Shown here in pieces: positions 16,635 to 25,716 of a stretch of DNA of 64,000 nucleotides; position 1 is the stretch's first letter, and every line of letters starts with the position of its first letter. The notes beneath the pieces were generated by a model. It had not been told where the DNA came from. It saw only the letters and a list, made by a program, of their open reading frames with translations, and ran no database searches. The translations under genes were made by a program, and so were the position numbers. The stretch is taken from assembly GCA_026125285.1 (NCBI GenBank), contig JAHCLO010000003.1, positions 40,661 to 104,660 of the forward strand, given 5' to 3'. The DNA comes from Verrucomicrobiia bacterium (GTDB taxonomy: Bacteria; Verrucomicrobiota; Verrucomicrobiia; Limisphaerales; JADLHS01).

Positions 16635-17471
16635 ATGAAGAACATAACAACAGCCATTCGGCTCGCAGCCGTCCAACTGGGGCTTGTCGCCACGGTTGCA
16701 CTCGCAGATCCCATGGCTGCTCTCCTCCCAGCCTCAGGCATCAGCCTGGAATTCATTGGCCAAGGGCGGGTTGTCACTCCCGCCGAAGTCTATCAGTACG
16801 GCTATTTCACCCACGTCGCAGGAGTGGAGAACGTCTTCAGCGGAACTCCGAACAACGCGTCCACCGCGTACTTTACCTTCATGAACAAACTGTCCACCAC
16901 GAGAGCAACGCCCCACGGCCCATTGACCATCGTGGATCGCAAAGGCACCGCGACGATCTATCTCAATCCCGCAGCCGGCGCGAATTTTGAAAATCCGGCA
17001 TCGTTTGAAGCTGGCACCCCGGTGTTGACGGCCAACCTCCGTCACCAGGTGATTCTCGATACTGCGAATGGCAACACGATCTTCATGAGCTTTGATCTCA
17101 CCGTGATTTCGGCGGAAACCTTCACCGTCGGGGATCAGAAGCACCGACTGGCCCGGCCCGGCCAGAAGATGACCTGGACCAACTACGGGCGTCCCAACAC
17201 CTCCACAACCCAGCCCGGACAATTCGTGTTCGCCGGGGTTGCCGTCAGCCACGACCCCGCCCCGCCCGGCCTGAGCATCAATCGCCCGGCTGATTCAAGC
17301 GCGCTCCGACTCGAAGTGGAAAACGCGCCCGGCACCCGCTCAGTCGTCGCGCTTTCTCCGAACCAGAAGGACCGGACGCTCTTAACGTCCGTGGATCATC
17401 AACTGGCAAAGGTCGTGATGACCGATGAGAGGACGCGCCCGTCAAAGTTCATTGGCACGATTGTGAAGTAA
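16635..17471 (+). CDS. secreted hypothetical protein
   Basis: 278-aa ORF, signal peptide MKNITTAIRLAAVQLGLVATVALA; no family recognised; shares leader and N-terminus with the 11332 gene. Confidence 0.6.
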   Translation: MKNITTAIRLAAVQLGLVATVALADPMAALLPASGISLEFIGQGRVVTPAEVYQYGYFTHVAGVENVFSGTPNNASTAYFTFMNKLSTTRATPHGPLTIVDRKGTATIYLNPAAGANFENPASFEAGTPVLTANLRHQVILDTANGNTIFMSFDLTVISAETFTVGDQKHRLARPGQKMTWTNYGRPNTSTTQPGQFVFAGVAVSHDPAPPGLSINRPADSSALRLEVENAPGTRSVVALSPNQKDRTLLTSVDHQLAKVVMTDERTRPSKFIGTIVK

Positions 17472-17501
17472 CTCATCTGGATCCTCTCAACATCGGCAAC
17501 C

Positions 17502-17543
17502 AGCCGCCGCTTCTCCACCTTGTCCGGTGAGGGGCGGCGGCGG
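17502..17543 (+). terminator. GC-rich imperfect hairpin downstream of 16635 gene (possible terminator)
   Basis: agccgccgc...gcggcggc arms flanking ~25 nt; no clear U-tract, so weak. Confidence 0.25.
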
Positions 17544-18061
17544 GCTTCACGCAATCCCCGTTTAGCAGGTGCAAACAAATGCCTCGCAACGTTTGCCTTC
17601 CAGACCGTCTCATCATGATGGATCGTTCGCCGCTCAATTCTCATTCACGATCGAGTCGCCATCACTGCTTCAGGCCAGACCCATGTGTTCCGCGACGGCA
17701 CTTGGCGCGACGGCCCCTGGGGCTGCCGGGCGGCGCGCCGCAGGGCCGACTGGCCGGGCGAGTCGAACCACGGTGGCGGGTTCCGGTGCGCCCTGCCGCC
17801 GGGTAACGCTGTCGGTTCCGACCCGGACCCATGAATAGCGGCATCGTTGTCCGAGTCCGCTCGCAGGTCTGACCACCCTTGGCATGGTGAGAATCAAGTG
17901 TCGCAGTAGTTCCAGCGAAGCCGGAAAGCAGCGCATCAGGTCATGCACATTCATGAGTCACTTCGGCTGAGGCGCGAAGCTCAACCGCAAGCCATCCCGC
18001 GCGCCACTCTGGTTTTGCCGATCTTCGTGGAAATGACGACCGCCCAAAAGCCGGCCAATTG

Positions 18062-18081
18062 TGTGTTGCGTATGCAACACA
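18062..18081. repeat. palindrome TGTGTTGC-GTAT-GCAACACA
   Basis: 8-bp arms; core TGTTGCGTATGCAACA differs at one base from the core of the 18572 palindrome. Confidence 0.7.
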
Positions 18082-18571
18082 AACTCGTCCACCGTCACGC
18101 GCGGCCTGCGTCGGTGTCTTCGGGGTTGAACGTGCGTCCGCCTGCGTCCAGCTACGGTGCGGCAAGTGGCTACGGCGGGACCGGCAGTTGGCGACTGGCC
18201 CACGCCTCGCTTGATCTCCAATGGCAGATGGGAAATTTCAGACCGCCACGCCTGTTGCCTCCGAGAATCCGCCGGCAGTATCCGCCCCGCCTGCGAGGAC
18301 GAAGCCGCTTCGGCGCGACGAAGGCCCGGCAGCAGCGAGTCGTGGGTCACGGCGTCCAGCCAGGCATCGCGCTCGATGAGTTGGTGCTCCTGCAACGTGG
18401 CGACCTGGCGCAGCAAGCCGTTGCGGTAGGCCCAGCTTTCATAGGAGTCCGTGAGTTTGCGAAAGGTCGGCCGCACGAGCAGGTCCGCCGACCAGAGCCG
18501 GAGGTTCAGGAATTCCTCGGTCTTGGGTTGCGTGACGGGAGCATCGGCCCAATGGCCCGAGAAGCGCAATG

Positions 18572-18603
18572 CAACCTTTTGTTGCATATGCAACAAAAGG
18601 TTG
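18572..18603. repeat. perfect 32-bp palindrome CAACCTTTTGTTGCAT|ATGCAACAAAAGGTTG
   Basis: Read directly; centre between 18587 and 18588; 121 nt upstream of argB ATG; possible operator. Confidence 0.8.
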
Positions 18604-18724
18604 TCATACCTCGGCGCATCTGGATGATGCCCGCACCTCGCGGTGTTGGTTGGCGGTGCGGCGGGTTACAGATTGAGTTCAGCCGGCAATCCCTGTTCAA
18701 TCAGCGGCGAAAGGTACTGACACC

Positions 18725-19606
18725 ATGCAAAACCTCATTGCCAAGGCCACAACGCTGCTGGAAGCGTTGCCGTACATCCAGAAATTCAGCGGCGAAACAT
18801 TCGTCGTGAAATACGGTGGCTCGTTCATGGACTCGCCCGATTCCGCGGTGCGCAACAGCGTGGCGCGCGACATCGTGTTTCTGGAGGCCGTTGAGATCAA
18901 CCCGGTGGTCGTTCACGGCGGTGGCAAAGCCATCACCCGCGCGATGGAGAAGGCCGGACTGAAGGCGAACTTCCTTCAGGGTATGAGAGTCACCGACGAG
19001 GCGACGGTGCAGATTGTGGACGACGTGTTGTCGCGGGAGATCAATCCCGAGGTTGTGGTCACCATCAATGCACTCGGCGGTGTGGCGAAGGGTTTCGCCG
19101 GGCCGGAGATTTTTCGCTGTCGCAAGATGTGGCTCGACGACCAGGAAAAGCCGGGCGCAAAGCTTGACGTGGGTTACGTGGGTGAGGTCATCGGTGTGAA
19201 CACGGCGCCATTGCTGGAGTGCATTGCCCGGGGCATTACACCGGTCATCAGTCCCACGGCACGCGGCGAGGATGGGAAGATTTACAATTGCAACGCCGAC
19301 GTGGCCGCAGCGCAAGTTGCCATCGCACTCAAGGCCAAGCGGTTGGTTTTCATGAGCGACGTGCCCGGCCTCATGCGTGATCCGAAAGATCCGGCCACGC
19401 TCATCGCGCATCTCCAGACGACCGAAGTGCCCGGCCTGAAAGCCGCGGGCATTGTGGACAAAGGCATGATTCCGAAGGTGGACAGCGCTGTCGCTGCCAT
19501 CCAATCCGGCGTGGAGAAAGTTTCCCTCGTGGACGGCCGCGTGCCGCACGCGGTGTTGCTGGAAATCTTCACGGACGCCGGCGTGGGCACGGAAGTGGTG
19601 CATTGA
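18725..19606 (+). CDS. argB: acetylglutamate kinase
   Basis: 293 aa; FVVKYGGSFM, VVVHGGGKAITRAMEKAGL, GMRVTDEATVQIV, amino-acid-kinase fold pattern typical of ArgB. Confidence 0.9.
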   Translation: MQNLIAKATTLLEALPYIQKFSGETFVVKYGGSFMDSPDSAVRNSVARDIVFLEAVEINPVVVHGGGKAITRAMEKAGLKANFLQGMRVTDEATVQIVDDVLSREINPEVVVTINALGGVAKGFAGPEIFRCRKMWLDDQEKPGAKLDVGYVGEVIGVNTAPLLECIARGITPVISPTARGEDGKIYNCNADVAAAQVAIALKAKRLVFMSDVPGLMRDPKDPATLIAHLQTTEVPGLKAAGIVDKGMIPKVDSAVAAIQSGVEKVSLVDGRVPHAVLLEIFTDAGVGTEVVH

Positions 19607-19636
19607 TTTGGCCGGTGCGGGTCGCGCGCGGGACGA

Positions 19637-20605
19637 TTACGTGGCGATTCCGTACCAAGGCCGGGTTCGCAGCGAACTGGACCGCGAGGTTGCGTCAATG
19701 ATCCGTTTGGCGAGCTTGGCGTTTTCTTCGATTTGCCAGTCGAACATGCCGACCAGGATGAAGTCCGCGCCATTGTTGATGGCGTGAGGAAATGCCGTGC
19801 GGGGTGGCAGTGCGCCCGCGGCCAGGATCTTGAAAGCGATCCAGGGTTTCTTCACTTTGGCCATGAACTCCACCACCGTTTGGGGATCGCGGCACCAGTA
19901 ATTGTCGTTCTGGCCCACGGCCGCCGTTTCCTCCGTTCGGGGAGCGGTGAAGTAGTCGTGCGTATGAAAAGTGCTCTGGTAAAAGTCCACGTCGAATTTG
20001 CGCCGTTCACATTCCACGACCACGCCAAAGTCGTGGGCAGCGACACCGGCCACGCGTTTGAGCGATTTAATCAAATGCACAGTTTCGCCGACCTTCTCGA
20101 ACCGGCCCTGTGCCAGCAAGCCTTCGGCGTTGTCGCCCGTGATATGAACGCCTACCGCGCCTTCATCCACCGCGCGGTGGATTTGCGAATAGCCGCCATT
20201 GGAATCGAGTCGGATTTGGGCGATCCACTTCATCTTCCCGCCCCGTTTCCAGTGGTTAAGAATGTGCGAGTTGTCGTCCATCACCCAGGTGTTGATGACG
20301 TTGATGCCGTGGGCCTCGGCGGTTTGGAGGGTTTCAGCGATCTTGGCCTCGGTGTTGTAACGGCGCATGAGCGTGGACACGTAACGCAAATCGCGGGCGT
20401 GCGCGTGGCCGGAGATGAGGTTGCCGCCGAGCATGAGGCGGCTGAATTCCACACCGCCAATCCAGCCCATTGGCAGCGCTCCAGTCACCACGGTGGCCGG
20501 AGCGGCTGACGGATCGCCGGGCTCGGCGCGCAACAACGCGGGCAGCGTGGCGGCGGCCAAGGCGGAAGTTCTCACGAAGTCACGACGGCTGACTGGCTTT
20601 TTCAT
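19637..20605 (-). CDS. TAT-signal hypothetical protein
   Basis: Start trimmed to MKKPVSRRDFVRTSALAAATLPALL (twin-arginine motif; ATG rc of 20603-20605); 322 aa; family not recognised. Confidence 0.6.
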   Translation of the reverse strand: MKKPVSRRDFVRTSALAAATLPALLRAEPGDPSAAPATVVTGALPMGWIGGVEFSRLMLGGNLISGHAHARDLRYVSTLMRRYNTEAKIAETLQTAEAHGINVINTWVMDDNSHILNHWKRGGKMKWIAQIRLDSNGGYSQIHRAVDEGAVGVHITGDNAEGLLAQGRFEKVGETVHLIKSLKRVAGVAAHDFGVVVECERRKFDVDFYQSTFHTHDYFTAPRTEETAAVGQNDNYWCRDPQTVVEFMAKVKKPWIAFKILAAGALPPRTAFPHAINNGADFILVGMFDWQIEENAKLAKRIIDATSRSSSLRTRPWYGIAT

Positions 20606-20770
20606 GGCAGGATGTTGTTGTTGTTTCACCCGGAAGCACCCGAAGCAACAAGAGCACAGACCAATTTGAATTTCAACTTCGATTTTCTTACGGCCGCCTT
20701 CCTTGCCGGGTTGCCGGAGGTGGTCATCAATTGAATTGAAGCCGGCACGCCGAGATGCAATTCTCTCATC

Positions 20771-21337
20771 GTGACGAATTTGGACGTCCATGTCCTGCGA
20801 GAGAATACCGGAACTTCCGGCGTGCTGGAGTCTGCTCGCACGGCCGCGACGGTGCTGGCGGACCACGATATCCCACACTTGGTCGTGGGAGGTTTAGCCG
20901 TGCAGGAACACGGCTATCCGCGCGTCACGATTGACGTGGACATGGTCGTGCCGGACGTGTTGGAGGCGGTGGAATTTCTCACGGCCAGTCTGCTGGGGCC
21001 GTTCCATCGCGTGCCGGAAGTTCACGACCGGGTGGAAGACCGGTGCAACGGTGTGTTCATTGACCTGTTGCCCGCAGGCAGAGTTTTGAAACCCGGCTGC
21101 AAGGTCCCATTTCCCCAGCCAGACAAAGTCGCCGGGGAGTTGCAGATCGTGGAGCTGGAGGAACTCATTTCACTCAAGCTGGACAGTTGGCAGGGCTCGC
21201 CGGTGCGCCGTCACCGAGACAAGACCGATGTGATTGAACTCATCCTGCGCCGCAAACTCCCACGCGATCTGCCAGTGAATCTCGCGATCAGCGCGCTCTA
21301 CCTCGAGACGTGGGATGCGCTCCAGGCCGAGAAGTGA
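20771..21337 (+). CDS. nucleotidyltransferase-fold protein (uncharacterised family)
   Basis: 188 aa; HLVVGGLAVQEHGYPRVTIDVDMVV fits the G[GS]...DxD minimal nucleotidyltransferase signature; C-terminal ...RHRDKTDVIELI. Confidence 0.5.
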   Translation: MTNLDVHVLRENTGTSGVLESARTAATVLADHDIPHLVVGGLAVQEHGYPRVTIDVDMVVPDVLEAVEFLTASLLGPFHRVPEVHDRVEDRCNGVFIDLLPAGRVLKPGCKVPFPQPDKVAGELQIVELEELISLKLDSWQGSPVRRHRDKTDVIELILRRKLPRDLPVNLAISALYLETWDALQAEK

Positions 21338-21424
21338 ATTTGCCATTTGTGAATCGCCATTTACGATTCCTGCGCGGTTGACCGAGAAGGGAAGCCCTCG
21401 CCAATCGCAGATTAAATCCGGCAC

Positions 21425-22714
21425 ATGAAAAACATCGTTCCACCACCGCCGCCGATTGTCCGAAACCAATTCGAGACGATCCGCGAGTTGTTCAGCAAGC
21501 ACGTCGTGCCGAGCTATGGCCGCTTCGACCTCGCGTTCAGCCACGGCGCGGGCAGTCACCTCTTCGATGTGAATGGCCGGCGTTATCTCGACCTGGGAGG
21601 CGGCATTGCGGTTTGTTCACTGGGCCACGCGCATCCCGCCATTACCGAAGCGCTGATCGCGCAGTCGCGCAAGCTCGTCCACACGTCGAACTTCTACTAT
21701 CACGAACCACAAGGTCGCCTGGCGCAGGCGCTGGTGAATTTGATCGGTCCGGGCAAATGCTTTTTCTGCAACAGCGGCGTCGAGGCGAATGAAGGCTTAT
21801 TCAAGCTCGCGCGCAAGTTCGGCCATGACGAAGGACGCTTTGAAGTTATCACCACGGTGAATTCGTTTCACGGTCGCACCCTGGCCGGCATCGCGGCCAC
21901 GGGGCAGGACAAGGTGAAGAAGGGCTTCGAGCCAATGGTGCCGGGTTTCCGGCAGGTGCCGTTCAACGACCTCGCGGCGATGCAGGCTGCTCTCTCACCG
22001 GCCACCGCCGCGATCATGATCGAAGGGGTCCAGGGCGAAGGCGGTGTCACTCCCGCCACCCCCGAATACCTGCTCGGACTGCGACGTTTGTGCGACGAGA
22101 AGAACCTGTTGCTGCTGATGGACGGCGTGCAGTGCGGACACTTTCGCACGGGCCGGTTTCAGAGTTTTCAGCGCATTCTCGAAGGTGTACCCGGAGGCGA
22201 ACCATTTCTGCCTGACGGCATCTCGATGGCAAAATCTTTGGGCGGCGGGTTTCCCATGGGGGCCTTCTGGGTGCGGTCGCCTTACGCGGATTTGTTGGGT
22301 GCCGGCACGCACGGCACCACTTACGGCGGCTCGCCGCTGGCATGCGCCGTGGCATTGAAGGTCCTGGAGGTTATCCACCAGGAAAAGCTCGAAGCCAATG
22401 CCCGGGAAGTTGGTGAGTTCCTCGAAACAGGTTTGCAGCGACTGGCGGCGAAGTATCCGGGCGTCATTCAAACCGTGCGCGGGCTGGGACTGATGATTGG
22501 CGTGGAACTCGCGCTGGATATTCCACGCCTGCCCGGTGATCCATCCAAGAGCCAGGCGGTGCGGCTTGCCAACTTGCTACACGCGGCGGGATTGCTGACC
22601 ATTCCGGCCGGCGCGCAGATTCTCCGACTCCTGCCGGCGCTCAATCTGCAACGCGCCGAGGCCGAGGCGGGATTGCGCATCCTTGAATCGGTGATTGCCA
22701 AACTGACTGCCTGA
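21425..22714 (+). CDS. argD: acetylornithine aminotransferase (class III PLP aminotransferase)
   Basis: 429 aa; GGGIAVCSLGHAHP, FFCNSGVEANEGLFKLAR, LLLMDGVQCGHFRTGRF, ISMAKSLGGGFP (PLP lysine context); adjacent to argF. Confidence 0.85.
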   Translation: MKNIVPPPPPIVRNQFETIRELFSKHVVPSYGRFDLAFSHGAGSHLFDVNGRRYLDLGGGIAVCSLGHAHPAITEALIAQSRKLVHTSNFYYHEPQGRLAQALVNLIGPGKCFFCNSGVEANEGLFKLARKFGHDEGRFEVITTVNSFHGRTLAGIAATGQDKVKKGFEPMVPGFRQVPFNDLAAMQAALSPATAAIMIEGVQGEGGVTPATPEYLLGLRRLCDEKNLLLLMDGVQCGHFRTGRFQSFQRILEGVPGGEPFLPDGISMAKSLGGGFPMGAFWVRSPYADLLGAGTHGTTYGGSPLACAVALKVLEVIHQEKLEANAREVGEFLETGLQRLAAKYPGVIQTVRGLGLMIGVELALDIPRLPGDPSKSQAVRLANLLHAAGLLTIPAGAQILRLLPALNLQRAEAEAGLRILESVIAKLTA

Positions 22715-22751
22715 GCCGATACAAACAACGGTGGCAGCACGCGTTTTTGAC

Positions 22752-23648
22752 ATGAAACATCTCCTGAGCATTGAACAACTCAACCGCGCGGACATGGAAC
22801 AACTCCTGGCCGCCGCCGCGGTGATGAAACGCGAGCGGGGCCGGCACCCAACGAAACCATTGGCTGGCCAGACTTGGGCGCTTATTTTCTCGAAATCCTC
22901 CACGCGCACCCGCGTGTCGTTTGAGGTTGGCATCGCCGAACTGGGCGGCCGGCCCATGTTCCTCAGCGCGGTGGACATTCAACTGGGCCGCGGCGAGCCG
23001 GTGAAAGACACGGCGCGGGTGCTGGGCCGCATGGTGCAGGGCGCGATCTTTCGCACGTTCGCGCAACGCGACGTGGAGGAATTCGCCCATTACTCGGGCA
23101 TCCCCACGATCAATGCGCTCACCGACGAGGAACATCCCTGCCAGATTCTGGCGGACGTCCTCACGATTGAGGAGAAGCTCGCCTCCCTCGCCGGCAAGGT
23201 GGTGGCCTTCATCGGTGACGGCGCGTGCAACGTGGCCAACTCGTGGATATTTGCGGCGGCGAAACTGGGTTTTGAATTGCGCATCGCCGCGCCGCAGGAG
23301 TTTCAGCCGGACCCTGCCTTGTTGCAGCGCGCCGGCGGAAAGGTCGTTTGCACGGCGGATTTGGCCTCCGCCGCCCGTGGCGCCGATGTGCTCTACACGG
23401 ATGTCTGGGTTTCGATGGGCAAGGAGGACGAATCCGCCGAGCGGATCAAGGCGCTGGCGGGTTACCAGATCAATCAAACGGTGGTGCAGCTCGCCAAACC
23501 CGGGGCGCTGGTCATGCACTGCCTGCCGGCATATCGCGGCAAGGAGATTGACGACGAAACCTTCGAGGCCAATGCCGAGACGATCTTCACCCAAGCGGAA
23601 AACCGGTTGCACGCGCAGAAGGCGATCTTGCAGTGGGCGGTGGCGTAA
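22752..23648 (+). CDS. argF: ornithine carbamoyltransferase
   Basis: FSKSSTRTRVSFE, HPCQILAD, HCLPAYRG motifs; ORF opens at GTG 22731, ATG 22752 (MKHLLSIEQL) preferred. Confidence 0.9.
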   Translation: MKHLLSIEQLNRADMEQLLAAAAVMKRERGRHPTKPLAGQTWALIFSKSSTRTRVSFEVGIAELGGRPMFLSAVDIQLGRGEPVKDTARVLGRMVQGAIFRTFAQRDVEEFAHYSGIPTINALTDEEHPCQILADVLTIEEKLASLAGKVVAFIGDGACNVANSWIFAAAKLGFELRIAAPQEFQPDPALLQRAGGKVVCTADLASAARGADVLYTDVWVSMGKEDESAERIKALAGYQINQTVVQLAKPGALVMHCLPAYRGKEIDDETFEANAETIFTQAENRLHAQKAILQWAVA

Positions 23649-23740
23649 GCCAAACCAGGTTGCTCCCAGCCACCCCGCGATGGGATTGCAGCCGGCATTT
23701 CATGGTTGGAGTCAGACAGCGCCGAAGGCATCTTTCGGGA

Positions 23741-24700
23741 ATGAATCCGAAGACTGACGGCAGTCGTGCCCGGCGGCCAGTTCCAAATGCGAGCTGGTAC
23801 GTGGCGCTGTTGCTTTTGGCAGCCGCGTCCGCCCCGGTGCAAGCAGCAAAGTCGTCCCAGCCCGCTCCGGCATCTTCGAATTCCGTCGCTCCCGCCACAG
23901 CGACCTCGCCCTACGCGCGCATTGTGACCGTGGGCGCCAGCGTGACGGCGGGATTCACGGAGTCCGAACCTTTGGGCGGCCCGAACACCACGCGCCTGCG
24001 TCTCGATCGTTATGTGGATGCCGCGCTGAATGTGCCGCACACGCCGGTTACGAACCTGGGCAATACATTCTTCTTTCTGCATCCAGAACTGATGGGGCGA
24101 CGCCAAATGGAGCAGGCTCAAAATCACCGGCCAACCCTCGTCATCGCATTGGATTTCCTGTTCTGGTTCTTGTATGGCGAAGGCAAGACCGATGCCGACC
24201 GTTTGACGCGGTTTGAGCAAGGTTTACGGCTGCTCGAAACCGTGGAAGGTCCGCTCGTGCTGGGCGACATTCCGGACGCTTCGGCAGCCGTGAACGGAAT
24301 GTTGCGTCCAGAGCAAATGCCCAGCACGAGTGCCTTGGTGGCGGCCAACCGGCGGCTCGAGGAATGGGCTGCGGGCCGACCGCGCGTGGTGACGGTTAAA
24401 CTGTCCGAGTTCATGCGCAACGCTTTGGCCAACCACGCGATCAAGCTTCGCGGTCACACCCTGCCCGCCGGTCAAACGCGCCGGCTGATTCAGGACGATC
24501 TGCTTCATGCCAGTCCCCACGGTTGTGCGGCGCTGGCGTTGGCCGCACTCGAGGCGATCCAGGCCACGCGCCCGGAAAGCACCTCCGAGGAACTGCGCCG
24601 CGATCCCAATGAAGTGTATCAACTGGTTATGAAGTCATTGAAGGCGGCTGCGGACAGCGCCGCGAAACCTGCCGCGCCCAAGTCGTCCGCCTCGGAGTAG
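23741..24700 (+). CDS. secreted SGNH/GDSL-like hydrolase family protein (tentative)
   Basis: Start trimmed to MNPKTDGSRARRPVPNASWYVALLLLAAASAPVQA; IVTVGASVTAGF (block I-like) and DDLLHASPHG (DxxH block V-like). Confidence 0.45.
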   Translation: MNPKTDGSRARRPVPNASWYVALLLLAAASAPVQAAKSSQPAPASSNSVAPATATSPYARIVTVGASVTAGFTESEPLGGPNTTRLRLDRYVDAALNVPHTPVTNLGNTFFFLHPELMGRRQMEQAQNHRPTLVIALDFLFWFLYGEGKTDADRLTRFEQGLRLLETVEGPLVLGDIPDASAAVNGMLRPEQMPSTSALVAANRRLEEWAAGRPRVVTVKLSEFMRNALANHAIKLRGHTLPAGQTRRLIQDDLLHASPHGCAALALAALEAIQATRPESTSEELRRDPNEVYQLVMKSLKAAADSAAKPAAPKSSASE

Positions 24701-24808
24701 GATTTCAATCCGCGAGTGCAACATCCGCGCGTCTCCATGCTGAACGGGTTCCTGCGCCGGTGTTTTCGCGCCTTTTCTTGATTCCATTTCGACGTTAGAG
24801 TCCGGCCG

Positions 24809-25552
24809 ATGTCGGACACGCTGGCGGTCAACGAAATTTACCTGAGTTTGCAGGGCGAGAGCACCTTCGCCGGCCTGCCGTGTGTCTTTGTGCGCCTCAC
24901 GGCCTGCAATCTGCGCTGCTCCTATTGCGACACCGCGTATGCTTTTACGGAAGGAGGAAGAATGGCGCTGGTGGAGGTGCTGGCGCAAGTGCGCAGGCTC
25001 GCCGCGCCATTTTCAGATCCGAAAGCCGAAAGCCGAAAGCCGAAATTGCCGCTGGTTGAACTCACGGGCGGCGAGCCGTTGCTCCAGCAAAATTCTCTGC
25101 CGCTGATGGCGCAGCTTTGCGATGAGGGCTTCACTGTGCTCGTGGAAACCAGTGGCGCGCTGGACATCTCGGACGTTGACCCGCGCGTGCGACGGATCAT
25201 GGATTTGAAATGTCCGAGCAGCGGCGAAGTGACGCGCAATCGCTGGGAGAATGTGTCGCAGCTCAAGGCCACCGATGAAATCAAATTCGTCATCGGCACG
25301 GCGGAGGATTACGACTGGGCGAAGCAGCAGATCGTCGAGCACAAGCTGGACTTGCTTTGTCCGCTGCTCATGTCCTGGGTGCATCCGCTGCGGCCGGAGC
25401 AACAGGACAAATCGCTCAAGCCCGTACCCGCCGGTCAGACGCCCATCACGCGCCAGGCTTTGGTGGAGCGCATCATCGCGGACGCGTTGCCGGTGCGCTT
25501 CCAGGTGCAACTGCACAAAATCATCTGGCCGCCGGAACAGCGGGGAGTTTAG
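24809..25552 (+). CDS. queE: 7-carboxy-7-deazaguanine synthase (radical SAM)
   Basis: EIYLSLQGESTFAGLPCVFVRLTACNLRCSYCDTAYAF, the QueE N-terminal CxxxCxxC cluster context; 247 aa. Confidence 0.85.
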   Translation: MSDTLAVNEIYLSLQGESTFAGLPCVFVRLTACNLRCSYCDTAYAFTEGGRMALVEVLAQVRRLAAPFSDPKAESRKPKLPLVELTGGEPLLQQNSLPLMAQLCDEGFTVLVETSGALDISDVDPRVRRIMDLKCPSSGEVTRNRWENVSQLKATDEIKFVIGTAEDYDWAKQQIVEHKLDLLCPLLMSWVHPLRPEQQDKSLKPVPAGQTPITRQALVERIIADALPVRFQVQLHKIIWPPEQRGV

Positions 25553-25553
25553 C

Positions 25554-25708
25554 CACAGATGAACACAGATGGACACGGATTTGGAAGGAGCGCGGGCTTT
25601 AGCCCGCTTCAACTTCCGTCAATCACCGGCGTTCGCACGGTGAAGCGGACTGAAGTCCGCGCCCCCTCACTCCTTGGCCTTATCCGTGTTCATCCGTGTT
25701 CATTCATC
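25554..25708. repeat. nested imperfect inverted-repeat element filling the queE/aminotransferase intergenic space
   Basis: Outer arms 25559-25580 atgaacacagatggacacggat vs rc of 25682-25703 (20/22). Inner arms 25590-25611 gcgcgggctttagcccgcttca vs rc of 25641-25662 (19/22). Confidence 0.75.
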
Positions 25709-25716
25709 GCTAAGTA

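Noticed and set aside
17943-18809. 288-aa plus ORF and 212-aa minus ORF (17958-18596) as genes
   Set aside because: They are mutually antisense, Arg/Pro/Gly-rich, with no recognisable motifs. The plus ORF runs into argB. The locus is kept only as an unexplained region in the findings.
20606-20878. N-terminal extensions given by the ORF track (also 51010, 52325, 43698, 59579, 59901, 32127, 55671, 23633, 38346, 63030)
   Set aside because: Internal Met codons are followed immediately by signal/TAT peptides or conserved N-termini (MKKPVSRRDFV, MPENQ, MNRRYAVL, MKNSPATL, MSNKKL, MGFLNLF, MPSFDIV, MKRFSFF, MNPKTDG, MSLLVN, MAIINQ). The extensions are Arg-rich and overlap neighbouring genes or promoters.
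22641-23612. Long antisense ORFs opposite well-supported genes (e.g. 22641-23612, 30048-31055, 42082-43092, 59904-60902, 7844-8878, 39098-40201, 18701-19603)
   Set aside because: This is typical of GC-rich DNA. The opposite strands carry proteins with unambiguous conserved motifs (argF, clpX, oxidoreductase, response regulator, kinase, plsX, argB).
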